Shown here in pieces: positions 27,001 to 42,000 of a stretch of 64,000 nucleotides of DNA. Every line of letters begins with the position of its first letter. Within the stretch, counting starts at the first letter, position 1. Made by a program: the position numbers and the translations under genes. Location: contig NC_086108.1 of NCBI RefSeq assembly GCF_963921235.1, forward strand, positions 2,728,001-2,792,000. The letters are read 5' to 3'. This stretch comes from Mobula hypostoma (taxonomy: Eukaryota). A model generated the notes under the pieces. The model did not search any database and was not told the origin of the DNA. It was given only the letters and a program-made list of their open reading frames with translations.

Positions 27001-30000
27001 CCTCCCTACACTCTGAATCTCTCCCTCCCCCCACTCTCTCAATTTCCCTCCCCCCACTCTCTCAATCTCCCTCCCCCACTCAATCTCCCTCCCCCCACTC
27101 TTTATCTCCATCCCCCCAATCTCTCAATCTCTCCCCCCCACTTTCTCAATCTCTCTCTCCCCCAAACTTGGTGAATCTCCCTCCCCCACTCTCAATCTCT
27201 CTCCCCCCACTCTCTCAATCTCTCTCCCCCCACTCTCTCAATCTCTCTCCCCCCACTCTCTCAATCTCGCTCCCCCCACTCTCTCAATCTCTCCCTCTCC
27301 CCACTCTCTCAATCTCCCTCCCCCTCACTCTCTAAATCTCCCTCCCCCCAACTCTCTCAATCACTCCCTCCCCCCACTCTGTCAATCTCTCCCTCCCCCC
27401 AACTCTCTCAATCACTCCCTGCCCCCACTCTGTCAATCTCTCCCTCCCCCCCACTCTCTCAATCTCTCCCTCCCCCCGCACTCTCTCAATTTCTCTCTCC
27501 CCCCAACTCTCTCAATCTCCCTCCCCCCACTCACTCAATCTCTCCCTCCCCCCTACTCTCTGAATCTCTCCATCCCGCCACTCTCTCAATCTCCTTCCCC
27601 CCCACTCTCTCAATCTCCCTCCCCCACTTTCTCAATCTCTCCCTCCCCCCACTCTCTCAATCTCTCCCTCCCCCCACTCTCTCAATCTCCCCCCCCCACT
27701 CTCTCAATCTCTCCCCCCCCCACTCTCTCAATCTCTCCCCCCACACTCTCAATCTCCCTCCCCCCACTCACTCAATCTCTCTCTCTCCCCATCAACTCTC
27801 TCAATCTCCCTCCCTCCACTCTCTCAATCTCTCCCTCCCCCTACTCTCTCAATCTCTCCCTCACCCCCACTCTCTCAATCTCCCTCCCCCCACTCTCTCA
27901 ATCTCTCCCCCCTCACTCTCTCCCTCCCCCCACTCTCTCAATCTCTCCCCCTCACACTCTCCCTCCCCCCAGTCTCTCAATCTCTCCCCCCTCACACTCT
28001 CAATCTCTCCCCCCGCACTCTCTCAATCTCTCTCCCCCCCACTCTCTCAATCTCCCTCTCCCCCACTCTTTCAATCTCTCCCCCCCACTCTCTCAATCTC
28101 ACTCCCCCCACTCTCTCAATCTCCCTCCCCCCACTCTCTCAATCTCCGTCCCCCCACTCTCTCAATCTCTCCCGCTCACACTCTCTCAATCTCTCCCTCC
28201 CCCCACTCTCTCAATCTCTCCCTCCCCCCACTCTCTCAATCTCACTCCCCCCCACTCTCTCAATCTCCCTCCCCCCACTCTCTCAATCTCCGTCCCCCCA
28301 CTCTCTCAATCTCTCCCGCTCACACTCTCCCTCCCCCCACTCTCTCAATCTCTCCCTCCCCCCCACTCTCTCAATCTCTCCCCCCTCACTCTCTCCCTCC
28401 CCCCACTCTCTCAATCTCTCCCACCCCACACTCTCTCAATCTCTCCCCCCTCACTCTCTCAATCTCTCCCCCCCACTCTCTCAATCTCTTCCCCCACTCT
28501 CTCAATCTCTCCCTCCCCCCACTCTCTCAATCTCTCCCCCCACTCTCTCAATCTCCCTCCCCCCACTCTCTCAATCTCCCTCCCCAACTCTCTCAAACTC
28601 CCTCCCCCCACTCTCAATCTCTCCCTCCCCCCACTCTCTCAATCTCTCCCTCCCCCACTCTCAATCTCTCCCTCCCCCCACTCTCTCAATCTCTCCCTCC
28701 CCCCACTCTCTCAATCTCTCCCTCCCCCCCACTCTCTCAATCTCTCCCTCCCCCCCACTCTCTCAATCTCCCTCCCCCTCCACTCTCTCAATCTCTCTCC
28801 GCCCCACTCACTCAATCTCCCCCCCACTCTCTCAATCACCCCCCCACTCTCTCAATCTCTCCCTCCCCCCCACTCTCTCAATCTCTCCCTCCCCCCCACT
28901 CTCTCAATCTCCCTCCCCCCACTCTCTCAATCTCCCGCCCCCCCACTCTCTCAAACTCCCTCCCCCCACTCTCTCAAACTCCCTCCCCCCACTCTCTCAA
29001 TCTCTCCCTCCCCCCACTCTCAATCTCTCCCTCCCCCACTCTCAATCTCTCCCTCCCCCCACTCTCTCAATCTCTCCCTCCCCCAACTCCCTCAATCTCT
29101 CCCTCCCCCAACTCCCTCAATCTCTCGCTCCCCCCCACTCTCTCAATCTCTTCCTCCCCCCACTCTCTCAATCTCCCTCCCCCCACTCTCTCAATCTCTC
29201 CCTCCCCCACTCTCTCAATCTCTCCCTCCCCCCACTCTCTCAATCTCTCCCTCCCCCCAACTCTCTCAATCTCTCCCTCCCCCACACTTTCTCAATCTCT
29301 CCCTCGCCCCACTCTCTCAATCTGTCTCCCCCCTACTCTCTCAATCTCCCTCCCCCCAACTCTCTCAATCACTCCCTCCCCCCACTCTGTCAATCTCTCC
29401 CTCCCCCCCACTCTGTCAATCTCTCACTCCCCCCCACTCTCTCAATCTCTCCCTCCCCCCAACTCTCTCAATCTCTCCCTCCCCCACACTTTCTCAATCT
29501 CCCTCCCCCCCACTCTCTCAATCTCTCCCTCCCCCCCACTATCTCAATCTCTCCCTCGCCCCACTCTCTCAATCTGTCTCCCCCCCACTCTCTCAATCTC
29601 CCTCCCCCCAACTCTCTCAATCACTCCCTCCCCCCACTCTGTCAATCTCTCCCTCCCCCAACTCTCTCAATCACTCACTCCCCCCACTCTGTCAATCTCT
29701 CCCTCCCCCCCACTCTCTCAATCTCTCCCTCCCCCCACTCTGTCAATCTCTCCCTCCCCCCCACTCTGTCAATCTCTCACACCCCCCCACTCTCTCAATA
29801 TCTCCCTCCCCCCCACTCTCTCAATCTCTCTCTCCCCCCACTCTCTCAATCTCTCCCCCCACTCTCTCAATCTCCCTCCCCCCACTCTCTCAAACTCCCT
29901 CCCCCCACTCTCTCAATCTCTCCCCCTCACACTCTCCCTCCCCCACTCTCTCAATCTCTCCCTCCCCCCACTCTCTCAATCTCTCCCTCCCCCAACTCTC

Positions 30001-33000
30001 TCAATCTCTCCCACCCCCCCACTCTCTCAATCTCCCTCCCCCCACTCTATGAATCTCTCTCCCCCCCACTCTCTCAATCTCCCTCCCTCCCACTCTCTCA
30101 ATCACCCCCTCCCCCCCACTCTCTCAATCTCCCTCCCCCCCCACTCTCTCAATCTCCCTCCCTCCCACTCTCTCAATCACCCCCTCCCCCCCACTCTCTC
30201 AATATCCCTCCCCACCACTCTCACAATCTCTCCTTCCCCGACTCTCACAATCTCTCCTTCCCCCCACTCTCTCAATCTCTCCCTCCCCCACTCTCTCAAA
30301 CTCTCCCTCTCCCCACTCTCTCTATCTCTCCCTCCCCCCCACTCTCTCAATCTCTCCCTCCCCCCACTCTCTCAATCTCCCTCTCCCCACTCTCTCAATC
30401 TCTCCCTCCCCCCACTCTCTCAATCTCTCCCCCCACTCTCTCAATCTCCCTCCCCCCACTCTCTCAATCTCCCTCCCCAACTCTCTCAAACTCCCTCCCC
30501 CCACTCTCAATCTCTCCCTCCCCCCACTCTCTCAATCTCTCCCTCCCCCACTCTCAATCTCTCCCTCCCCCCACTCTCTCAATCTCTCCCTCCCCCCCAC
30601 TCTCTCAATCTCTCCCTCCCCCCCACTCTCTCAATCTCCCTCCCCCTCCACTCTCTCAATCTCTCTCCGCCCCACTCACTCAATCTCCCCCCCACTCTCT
30701 CAATCACCCACCCACTCTCTCAATCACCCCCCCACTCTCTCAATCTCTCCCTCCCCCCCACTCTCTCAATCTCCCTCCCCCCACTCTCTCAATCTCCCTC
30801 CCCCCCACTCTCTCAAACTCCCTCCCCCCCACTCTCTCAAACTCCCTCCCCCCACTCTCTCAAACTCCCTCCCCCCACTCTCTCAAACTCCCTCCCCCCA
30901 CTCTCTCAATCTCTCCCTCCCCCCACTCTCAATCTCTCCCTCCCCCACTCTCAATCTCTCCCTCCCCCCACTCTCTCAATCTCTCCCTCCCCCAACTCCC
31001 TCAATCTCTCCCTCCCCCAACTCCCTCAATCTCTCGCTCCCCCCCCACTCTCTCAATCTCTCCCTCCCCCCCACTCTCTCAATCTCCCTCCCCACACTCT
31101 CTCAATCTCTCCCTCCCCCACTCTCTCAATCTCTCCCTCCCCCCACTCTCTCAATCTCTCCCTCCCCCCAACTCTCTCAATCTCTCCCTCCCCCACACTT
31201 TCTCAATCTCCCTCCCCCCCACTCTCTCAATCTCTCCCTCCCCCCCACTATCTCAATCTCTCCCTCGCCCCACTCTCTCAATCTGTCTCCCCCCTACTCT
31301 CTCAATCTCCCTCCCCCCAACTCTCTCAATCACTCCCTCCCCCCACTCTGTCAATCTCTCCCTCCCCCCCACTCTGTCAATCTCTCACTCCCCCCCACTC
31401 TCTCAATCTCTCCCTCCCCCCAACTCTCTCAATCTCTCCCTCCCCCACACTTTCTCAATCTCCCTCCCCCCACTCTCTCAATCTCTCCCTCCCCCCCACT
31501 ATCTCAATCTCTCCCTCGCCCCACTCTCTCAATCTGTCTCCCCCCCACTCTCTCAATCTCCCTCCCCCCAACTCTCTCAATCACTCCCTCCCCCCACTCT
31601 GTCAATCTCTCCCTCCCCCCCACTCTGTCAATCTCTCACACCCCCCCACTCTCTCAATATCTCCCTCCCCCCCACTCTCTCAATCTCTCTCTCCCCCCAC
31701 TCTCTCAATCTCTCCCCCCACTCTCTCAATCTCCCTCCCCCCACTCTCTCAAACTCCCTCCCCCCACTCTCTCAAACTCCCTCCCCCCACTCTCTCAATC
31801 TCTCCCCCTCACACTCTCCCTCCCCCACTCTCTCAATCTCTCCCTCCCCCCACTCTCTCAATCTCTCCCTCCCCCAACTCTCTCAATCTCTCCCACCCCC
31901 ACACTCTCTCAATCTCCCTCCCCCCACTCTCTGAATCTCTCTCCCCCCCACTCTCTCAATCTCCCTCCCTCCCACTCTCTCAATCACCCCCTCCCCCCCA
32001 CTCTCTCAATCTCCCTCCCCCCCACTCTCTCAATCTCCCTCCCTCCCACTCTCTCAATCACCCCCTCCCCCCCACTCTCTCAATATCCCTCCCCACCACT
32101 CTCACAATCTCTCCTTCCCCGACTCTCACAATCTCTCCTTCCCCCCACTCTCTCAATCTCTCCCTCCCCCACTCTCTCAAACTCTCCCTCCCCCCCACTC
32201 TCTCAATCTCTCCCTCCCCCCCACTCTCTCAATCTCTCCCTCCCCCCACTCTCTCAATCTCCCTCTCCCCACTCTCTCAATCTCTCCCTCCCCCCACTCT
32301 CTCAATCTCTCCCCCCACTCTCTCAATCTCTCCCTCCCCCCACTCTCTCAATCTCCCTCTCCCCACTCTCTCAATCTCTCCCTCCCCCCCACTATCTCAA
32401 TCTCTCCCTCGCCCCACTCTCTCAATCTGTCTCCCCCCCACTCTCTCAATCTCCCTCCCCCCAACTCTCTCAATCACTCCCTCCCCCCACTCTGTCAATC
32501 TCTCCCTCCCCCCCACTCTGTCAATCTCTCACTCCCCCCCACTCTCTCAATCTCTCCCTCCCCCCCACTCTCTCAATCTCTCCCTCCCCCCACTCTCTCA
32601 ATCTCTCCCTCCCCCCACTCTCTCAATCTCCCCCTCCCCCCACTCTCTCAATCTCTCCCTCCCCCCACTCTCTCAATCTCCCTCCCGCCCACTCTCTCAA
32701 TCTCCCTCCCCCCCACTCTGTCAATCTCTCACTCCCCCCCACTCTCTCAATCTCTCCCTCCCCCCCACTCTCTCAATCTCTCCCTCCCCCCACTCTCTCA
32801 ATCTCCCTCCCGCCCACTCTCTCAATCTCCTTCCCCCCCACTCTCTCAATCTCCCTCCCGCCCACTCTCTCAATCTCCTTCCCCCCCACTCTCTCAATCT
32901 CTCCCTCGCCCCACTCTCTCAATCTCCCTCCCCCCCACTCTCTCAATCTCCCTCCCCCCAACTCTCTCAATCACTCCCTCCCCCCACTCTGTCAATCTCT

Positions 33001-36000
33001 CCCTCCCCCAACTCTCTCAATCACTCACTCCCCCCACTCTGTCAATCTCTCCCTCCCCCCCACTCTCTCAATCTCTCCCTCCCCCCACTCTCTCAATCTC
33101 CCTCCCCCCCACTCTCTCAATCTCCCTCCCCCCACTCTCTCAATCTCCCTCCCACCCCCACTCTCTCAAACTCCTTCCCCCCCACTCACTCAATCTTTCC
33201 CCCCACTCTCTCAATCTCTCACTCCACTCTCTCAATCTCCCCCCCACTCTCTCAATCTCTCCCCCCACTCTCTCAATCTCCCACCCTCCCACTCTCTCAA
33301 TCTCTCCCTCCACCCACTCTCTCAATCTCTCCCTCCCCCCCACTCTCTCAATCTCTCCCTCCCCCCCACTCTCTCAATCTATCCCCCCACTCTCTCAATC
33401 TCTCCCTCCCCCCACTCTTTCAATCTCTACCCCCCACTCTTTCAATTTCTCCCCCTCTCTTTCAATCTCTCTCCCCCACTCTCTCAATCTCCCTCCCCCA
33501 CTCACTCAATCTCTCCCTCCCCCCTACACTCTGAATCTCTCCCTCCCCCACTCTCTCAATTTCCCTCCCCCCACTCTCTCAATCTCCCTCCCCCACTCAA
33601 TCTCCCTCCCCCCCCACTCTTTATCTCCATCCCCCCACTCTCTCAATCTCTCTCCCCCCCACTTTCTCAATCTCTCTCCCCCAAACTTTGTCAATCTCCC
33701 TCCCCCCACTCTCAATCTCTCTCCCCCCACTCTCTCAATCTCCCTCCCCCCACTCTCTCAATCTCTCTCCCCCCACTCTCTCAAGCTCCCTCCCCCCCAC
33801 TCTCTCAATCTCTCCCTCGCCCCACTCTCTCAATCTCCCTCCCCCCCACTCTCTCAATCTCCCTCCCCCCAACTCTCTCAATCACTCCCTCCCCCCACTC
33901 TCTCAATCTCCCCCCCACTCTCTCAATCTCTCCCTCGCCCCACTCTCTCAATCTACCTCCCCCCAACTCTCTCAATCACTCCCTCCCCCCACTCTGTCAA
34001 TCTCTCCCTCCCCCAACTCTCTCAATCACTCACTCCCCCCACTCTGTCAATCTCTCCCTCCCCCCCACTCTCTCAATCTCTCCCTCCCCCCACTCTCTCA
34101 ATCTCTCCCTCCCCCCACTCTCTCAATCTCCCTCCCCCCACTCTCTCAATCTCCCTCCCCCCACTCTCTCAATCTCCCTCCCACCCCCACTCTCTCAAAC
34201 TCCTTCCCCCCCACTCACTCAATCTTTCCCCCCACTCTCTCAATCTCTCACTCCACTCTCTCAATCTCCCCCCCACTCTCTCAATCTCTCCCCCCCACTC
34301 TCTCAATCTCCCACCCTCCCACTCTCTCAATCTCTCCCTCCACCCACTCTCTCAATCTCTCCCTCCCCCCCACTCTCTCAATCTCTCCCTCCCCCAACTC
34401 TCTCAATCTCCCTCCCCCCCACTCTCTCAATCTCCCTCCCACCCCCACTCTCTCAATCTCCTTCCCCCCCACTCACTCAATCTTTCCCCCCACTCCCTCA
34501 ATCTCTCACCCCACTCTCTCAATCTCCCTCCCCCCCCACTCTCTCAATCTCTCCCTCCCCCCTCTCAATCTCTCCCTCCCCCCCACTTTCTCTATCTCCC
34601 TCCCCCCCACTCTCACAATCTCTCCCTCCCCCCCACTCTCTCAATCTCTCCCCCCACTCTCTCAATCTCTCCCTCCCCCCACTCTTTCAATCTCTGCCCC
34701 CACTCTTTCAATCTCTCCCCCCTCTCTTTCAATCTCTCCCCCCCACTCTCTCAATCTCCCTCCCCCACTCACTCAATCTCTCCCTCCCCCTACATTCTGA
34801 ATCTCTCCCTCCCCCCACTCTCTGAATTTCCCTCCCCCCACTCTCTCAATCTCCCTCCCCCACTCAATCTCCCTCCCCCCCACTCTTTATCTCCATCCCC
34901 CCACTCTCTCAATCTCTCTCCCCCCACTTTCTCAATCTCTCTCTCCCCCAAACTTTGTCAATCTCCCTCCCCCCACTCTCAATCTCTCTCCCCCCACTCT
35001 CTCAATCTCTCTCCCCCCACTCTCTCAATCTCTCTCCCCCCACTCTCTCAATCTCCCTCCCCCCCACTCTCTCAATCTCCCTCCCCCCCCACTCTCTCAA
35101 TCTCTCCCTCGCCCCACTCTCTCAATCTACCTCCCCCCCACTCTCTCAATCTCCCTCCCCCACTCACTCAATCTCTCCCTCCCCCCTACACTCTGAATCT
35201 CTCCCTCCCCCACTCTCTCAATTTCCCTCCCCCCACTCTCTCAATCTCCCTCCCCCACTCAATCTCCCTCCCCCCCACTCTTTATCTCCATCCCCCCACT
35301 CTCTCAATCTCTCTCCCCCCCACTTTCTCAATCTCTCTCTCCCCCAAACTTTGTCAATCTCCCTCCCCCCACTCTCAATCTCTCTCCCCCCACTCTCTCA
35401 ATCTCTCTCCCCCCACTCTCTCAAGCTCCCTCCCCCCCACTCTCTCAATCTCTCCCTCGCCCCACTCTCTCAATCTCCCTCCCCCCCACTCTCTCAATCT
35501 CCCTCCCCCCAACTCTCTCAATCACTCCCTCCCCCCACTCTGTCAATCTCTCCCTCCCCCAACTCTCTCAATCACTCACTCCCCCCACTCTGTCAATCTC
35601 TCCTCCCCCCCACTCTCTCAATCTCTCCCTCCCCCCACTCTCTCAATCTCTCCCTCCCCCCACTCTCTCAATCTCCCTCCCCCCCACTCTCTCAATCTCC
35701 CTCCCCCCACTCTCTCAATCTCCCTCCCACCCCCACTCTCTCAAACTCCTTCCCCCCCACTCACTCAATCTTTCCCCCCACTCTCTCAATCTCTCACTCC
35801 ACTCTCTCAATCTCCCCCCCACTCTCTCAATCTCTCCCCCCCACTCTCTCAATCTCCCACCCTCCCACTCTCTCAATCTCCCTCCCCCACTCGATCTCCC
35901 TCCCCCCCACTCTTTATCTCCATCCCCCCACTCTCTCAATCTCTCTCCCCTCACTTTCTCAATCTCTCTCTCCCCCAAACTTTGTCAATCTCCCTCCCCC

Positions 36001-39000
36001 CACTCTCAATCTCTCTCCCCCCACTCTCTCAATCTCTCTCCCCCCACTCTCTCAATCTCCCTCCCCCCTCACTCTCTCAATCTCCCTCCCCCCCACTCTC
36101 TCAATCTCTCCCTCGCCCCACTCTCTCAATCTCCCTCCCCCCCACTCTCTCAATCTCCCTCCCCACAACTCTCTCAATCACTCCCTCCCCCCACTCTGTC
36201 AATCTCTCCCTCCCCCAACTCTCTCAATCACTCCCTCCCCCCTACTCTCTGAATCTCTCCCTCCCGCCACTCTCTCAATCTCCCTCCCCCCACTCTCTCA
36301 ATCTCCCTCCCCCACTTTCTCAATCTCTCCCTCCACCCACTCTCTCAATCTCCCCCCCACTCTCTCAATCTCTCCCTCCCCCCACTCTCTCAATCTCCCC
36401 ACCACTCTCTCAATCTCCCTCCCACCCCCACTCTCTCAATCTCCCTCCCCTCCCACTCTCTCAATCTCTCCCTCCCCCCCACTCTCTCAATCTCTCCCTC
36501 CCCCCTCTCAATCTCTCCCTCCCCCCCACTTTCTCTATCTCCCTCCCCCACTCTCTCAATCTCTCCCTCCCCCCCACTCTCTCAATCTCTCCCTCCCCCC
36601 ACTCTTTCAATCTCTCCCCCCACTCTTTCAATCTCTCCCCCCTCTCTTTCAATCTCTCCCCCCACTCTCTCAATCTCCCTCCCCCACTCACTCAATCTCT
36701 CCCTCCCTCCTACACTCTGAATCTCTCCCTCCCCCCACTCTCTCAATTTCCCTCCCCCCACTCTCTCAATCTCCCTCCCCCCACTCTCTCAATCTCCCTC
36801 CCCCACTCAATCTCCCTCCCCCACTCAATCTCCCTCCCCCCCCACTCTCTCAATCTCTCCCTCCCCCCACTCTCTCAATCTCTCCCCCTCCCCACTCTCT
36901 CAATCTCTCCCTCCCCCCAGTGTCTCAATCTCTCCCTCCCCCCCACTCTCTCAATCTCTCCCTCACCCCCACTCTCTCAATCTCCCTCCCCCTCACTCTC
37001 TCAATCTCTCCTTCCCCCCCACTCTCTCAATCACTCTCTCCCCCCCACTCTCTCAATCACTCTCTCCCCCCCACTTTCTCAATCTCTCTCCCCCCACTTT
37101 GTCAATCTCCCTCACCCCCACTTTGCAATCTCCCTCGCCACACTTTCTCAATCTCTCCCTCCCCCCACTCTCTCAATCTCCCTCCCCCCCACTCTCTCAA
37201 TCTCCCTCCCCCCACTCTCTCAATCTCTCTCCTCCCCACTCTCTCAATCTGTCTCCCCCCCACTCTCTCAATCTCTCTCCCCCTCATTCTCTCAATCTCC
37301 CCCCCACTCTCTCAATCTCCCCCCCCACTCTCTCAATCTCTCCCTCACCCCCACTCTCTCAATCTCTCCCTCACCCCCACTCTCTCAATCTCCCTCCCCC
37401 CCACTCTCTCAATCTCCCTCCCACCCACTCTCTCAATCTCCCTCACCCCCACTCTCTCAATCTCCCTCCCCCCCACTCTCTCAATCTCCCTCCCACCCAC
37501 TCTCTCAATCTCCCTCACCCCCACTCTCTCAATCTCCCTCACCCCCACTCTCTCAATCTCCCTCCCCCCACTCTCTCAATCTCCCTCCCACCCACTCTCT
37601 CAATCTCCCTCCCACCCACTCTCTCAATCTCCCTGCCCCCCCACTCTCTCAATCTCTCTCCCCCCCACTCTCTCAATCTCTCCCTCCCCCCCACTCTCTC
37701 AATCTCTCCCTTCCCCCACTCTCTCAATCTCCCTCCCCCCCACTCTCTCAATGTCCCTCCCCCCCCACTCTCTCAATCTCTCTCCTCCCCACTCTCTCAA
37801 TCTGTCTCCCCCCCACTCTCTCAATCTCTCTCCCCCTCATTCTCTCAATCTCCCCCCCACTCTCTCAATCTCCCCCCCCACTCTCTCAATCTCTCCCTCA
37901 CCCCCACTCTCTCAATCTCTCCCTCACCCCCACTCTCTCAATCTCCCTCCCCCCCACTCTCTCAATCTCCCTCTCCCCCCACTCTCTCAATCTGTCTCCC
38001 CCCCACTCTCTCAATCTGTCTCCCCCCATTCTCTCAATCTCTCCCCCCACTCTCTCAATCTTTCCCCCCAACTCTCTCAATCTCTCCCTCCCCCCACTCT
38101 CTCAATCTCTCCCTCCCCCCTACTCTCTCAATTTCTCCCTCCCCCCATCTCTCAATCTCTCCCACCCCCCACTCTCTCAATCTCTCCCTCCCCCCCACTC
38201 TCTCAATCTCCCTCCCCCCCTCTCTCCCACCCCCCACTCTCTCAATCTCCCTCCCCCCACTTTCTCAATCTCTCCCTCCCCCCTACTCTCTCAATCTGTC
38301 TCCCCCCACTCTCTCAATCTCCCTCCCCCCACTCTCTCAATCTCTCCCTCCCCCCATTCTCTCAATCTCTCCCTCCCTCCCACTCTCTCAATCTCCCCTC
38401 CACTCCCTCAATCTCCCCCTCCCCCCCTCAATCTCCCCCTCCCCCCACTCTCTCAATCTCTCTCCCCCCACTCTCTCAATCTCCCTCCCCCCACTCTCTC
38501 AATCACTCCCACCCCCCACTCTCTCAATCTCTCCCACCCCCACTCTCTCAATCTCTCCCTCCCCCCGCACTCTCTCAATCTCCCTCCCCCCACTCTCTCA
38601 ATCTCCCTCCCCCCTCACTCTCTCAATCTCCCTCCCCCTCACTCTCTTAATCTCTCCCTACCCCCACTCTCTCAATATCTCCCTCCCCCGCACTCTCTCA
38701 ATCTCCCCTTCCCCCCCACTCTCTCAATCTCTCCCACCCCCCCACTCTCTCAATCTCTCCCCCCTGTCTCTCAATCTCTCCCTCCCCCCCGCTCTCTCAA
38801 TCTCTCCCTCCCCCCCGCTCTCTCAATCTCTCCCTCCCCCCTACTCTCTCAATCTGTCTCCCCCCACTCTCTCAATCTCCCTCCCCCCACTCTCTCAATC
38901 TCTCCCTCCCCCCATTCTCTCAATCTCTCCCTCCCTCCCACTCTCTCAATCTCCCCTCCACTCCCTCAATCTCCCCCTCCCCCCCTCAATCTCCCCCTCC

Positions 39001-42000
39001 CCCCACTCTCTCAATCTCCCTCCCCCCCACTCTCTCAATCTCCCTCACCCCCCACTCTCTCATTCTCCCTCCCCCCTCTATCAATCTCCCTTCCCCCACT
39101 CTCTCAATCTCCCTCCCCTCCACTCTCTCAATCTCTCCCTCCCCCCCACTCTCTCAATCTCTCCCTCCCCCCACTCTCTCAATCTCTCTCCCCCCATCTC
39201 TCTCAATCTCTCCCCCCCCACTGTCTCAATCTCTCCCTCCCCCCCCACTCTCTCAATCTCTCTCTCCCCCCATCTCTCTCAATCTCTCTCTCCCCCATCT
39301 CTCTCAATCTCTCTCCCCCCCAACTCTCTCAATCTCCCCCTCCCCCCACTCTCTCAATCTCCCTCCCCCCCACTCTCTGAATCTCTCGCTCCCCCACTCT
39401 CTCAATCTCTCCCTCCCCCACTCCCTCAATCTCTCTCCCCCCCACTCTCTCAATCTCCCTGCCCCCCCACTCTCTCAATCTCTCTCTCCCCCACTCTCTC
39501 AATCTCTCCCTCCCCCCCACTCTCTCAATCTCTCCCTCCCCCCACTCTCTCAATCTCCCTCCCCCCACTCTCTCAATCTCCCTCCCCCCACTCTCTCAAT
39601 GTCCCTCCCCCCCACTCTCTCAATCTCTCTCCTCCCCACTCTCTCAATCTGTCTCCCCCCCACTCTCTCAATCTCTCTCCCCCTCATTCTCTCAATCTCC
39701 CCCCCACTCTCTCAATCTCCCCCCCCACTCTCTCAATCTCTCCCTCACCCCCACTCTCTCAATCTCTCCCTCACCCCCACTCTCTCAATCTCCCTCCCCC
39801 CCACTCTCTCAATCTCCCTCTCCCCCCACTCTCTCAATCTGTCTCCCCCCCCACTCTCTCAATCTGTCTCCCCCCATTCTCTCAATCTCTCCCCCCACTC
39901 TCTCAATCTTTCCCCCCAACTCTCTCAATCTCTCCCTCCCCCCACTCTCTCAATCTCTCCCTCCCCCCTACTCTCTCAATTTCTCCCTCCCCCCATCTCT
40001 CAATCTCTCCCACCCCCCACTCTCTCAATCTCTCCCTCCCCCCCACTCTCTCAATCTCCCTCCCCCCCTCTCTCCCACCCCCCACTCTCTCAATCTCCCT
40101 CCCCCCACTTTCTCAATCTCTCCCCCCCCCTACTCTCTCAATCTGTCTCCCCCCACTCTCTCAATCTCCCTCCTCCCACTCTCTCAATCTCTCCCTCCCC
40201 CCATTCTCTCAATCTCTCCCTCCCTCCCACTCTCTCAATCTCCCCTCCTCTCCCTCAATCTCCCCCTCCCCCCCCTCAATCTCCCCCTCCCCCCACTCTC
40301 TCAATCTCTCTCCCCCTCATTCTCTCAATCTCCCCCCCACTCTCTCAATCTCCCCCCCCACTCTCTCAATCTCCCTCCCCCCTACTCTCTCAATCTCTCC
40401 CTCCCCCACTCTCTCAATCTCTCCCCCCCCACTCTCTCAATCTCTCCCTCCCCCCCACTCTCTCAATCTCTCCCTCACCCCACTCTCTCAATCTCTACCT
40501 CCCCCCCACTCTCTCAATCTCCCTCCCCCCCACTCTCTCAATCTCCCTCCCACAAACTCTCTCAATCTCCCTCACCCCCACTCTCTCAATCTCTCCCTCC
40601 CCCCACTCTCTCAATCTCCCTCCCCCCACTCTCTCAATCTCCCTGCCCCCCCACTCTCTCAATCTCTCTCCCCCCCACTCTCTCAATCTCTCTCCCCCCC
40701 ACTCTCTCAATCTCTCTCCCCCCCACTCTCTCAATCTCTCCCTCCCCCCCACTCTCTCAATCTCTCCCTCCCCCCACTCTCTCAATCTCCCTCCCCCCCA
40801 CTCTCTCAATCTCCCTCCCCCCACTCTCTCTATCTCTCTCCTCCCCACTCTCTCAATCTCTCTCCCCCTCCTTCTCTCAATCTCCCCCCCACTCTCTCAA
40901 TCTCTCCCTCCCCCCACTCTCTCAATCTCCCTCACCCCCACTCTCTCAATCTCCCTCACCCCCACTCTCTCAATCTCCCTCCCACCCACTCTCTCAATCT
41001 CCCTGCCCCCCCACTCTCTCAATCTCTCTCCCCCCCACTCTCTCAATCTCTCCCTCCCCCCCACTCTCTCAATCTCTCCCTTCCCCCACTCTCTCAATCT
41101 CCCTCCCCCCACTCTCTCAATGTCCCTCCCCCCCACTCTCTCAATCTCTCTCCTCCCCACTCTCTCAATCTGTCTCCCCCCCACTCTCTCAATCTCTCTC
41201 CCCCTCATTCTCTCAATCTCCCCCCCACTCTCTCAATCTCCCCCCCCACTCTCTCAATCTCTCCCTCACCCCCACTCTCTCATCTCTCCCTCACCCCCAC
41301 TCTCTCCCTCACCCCCACTCTCTCAATCTCCCTCCCCCCCACTCTCTCAATCTCCCTCTCCCCCCACTCTCTCAATCTGTCTCCCCCCCACTCTCTCAAT
41401 CTGTCTCCCCCCATTCTCTCAATCTCTCCCCCCACTCTCTCAATCTTTCCCCCCAACTCTCTCAATCTCTCCCTCCCCCCACTCTCTCAATCTCTCCCTC
41501 CCCCCTACTCTCTCAATTTCTCCCTCCCCCCATCTCTCAATCTCTCCCACCCCCCACTCTCTCAATCTCTCCCTCCCCCCCACTCTCTCAATCTCCCTCC
41601 CCCCCTCTCTCCCAATCTCCCTCCCCCCTCTCTCCCACCCCCCACTCTCTCAATCTCCCTCCCCCCACTTTCTCAATCTCTCCCTCCCCCCCTACTCTCT
41701 CAATCTGTCTCCCCCCACTCTCTCAATCTCCCTCCCCCCACTCTCTCAATCTCTCCCTCCCCCCATTCTCTCAATCTCTCCCTCCCTCCCACTCTCTCAA
41801 TCTCCCCTCCACTCCCTCAATCTCCCCCTCCCCCCCCTCACTCTCCCCCTCCCCCCACTCTCTCAATCTCTCTCCCCCCACTCTCTCAATCTCCCTCCCC
41901 CCACTCTCTCAATCACTGCCACCCCCCACTCTCTCAATCTCTCCCACCCCCACTCTCTCAATCTCTCCCTCCCCCCGCACTCTCTCAATCTCCCTCCCCC

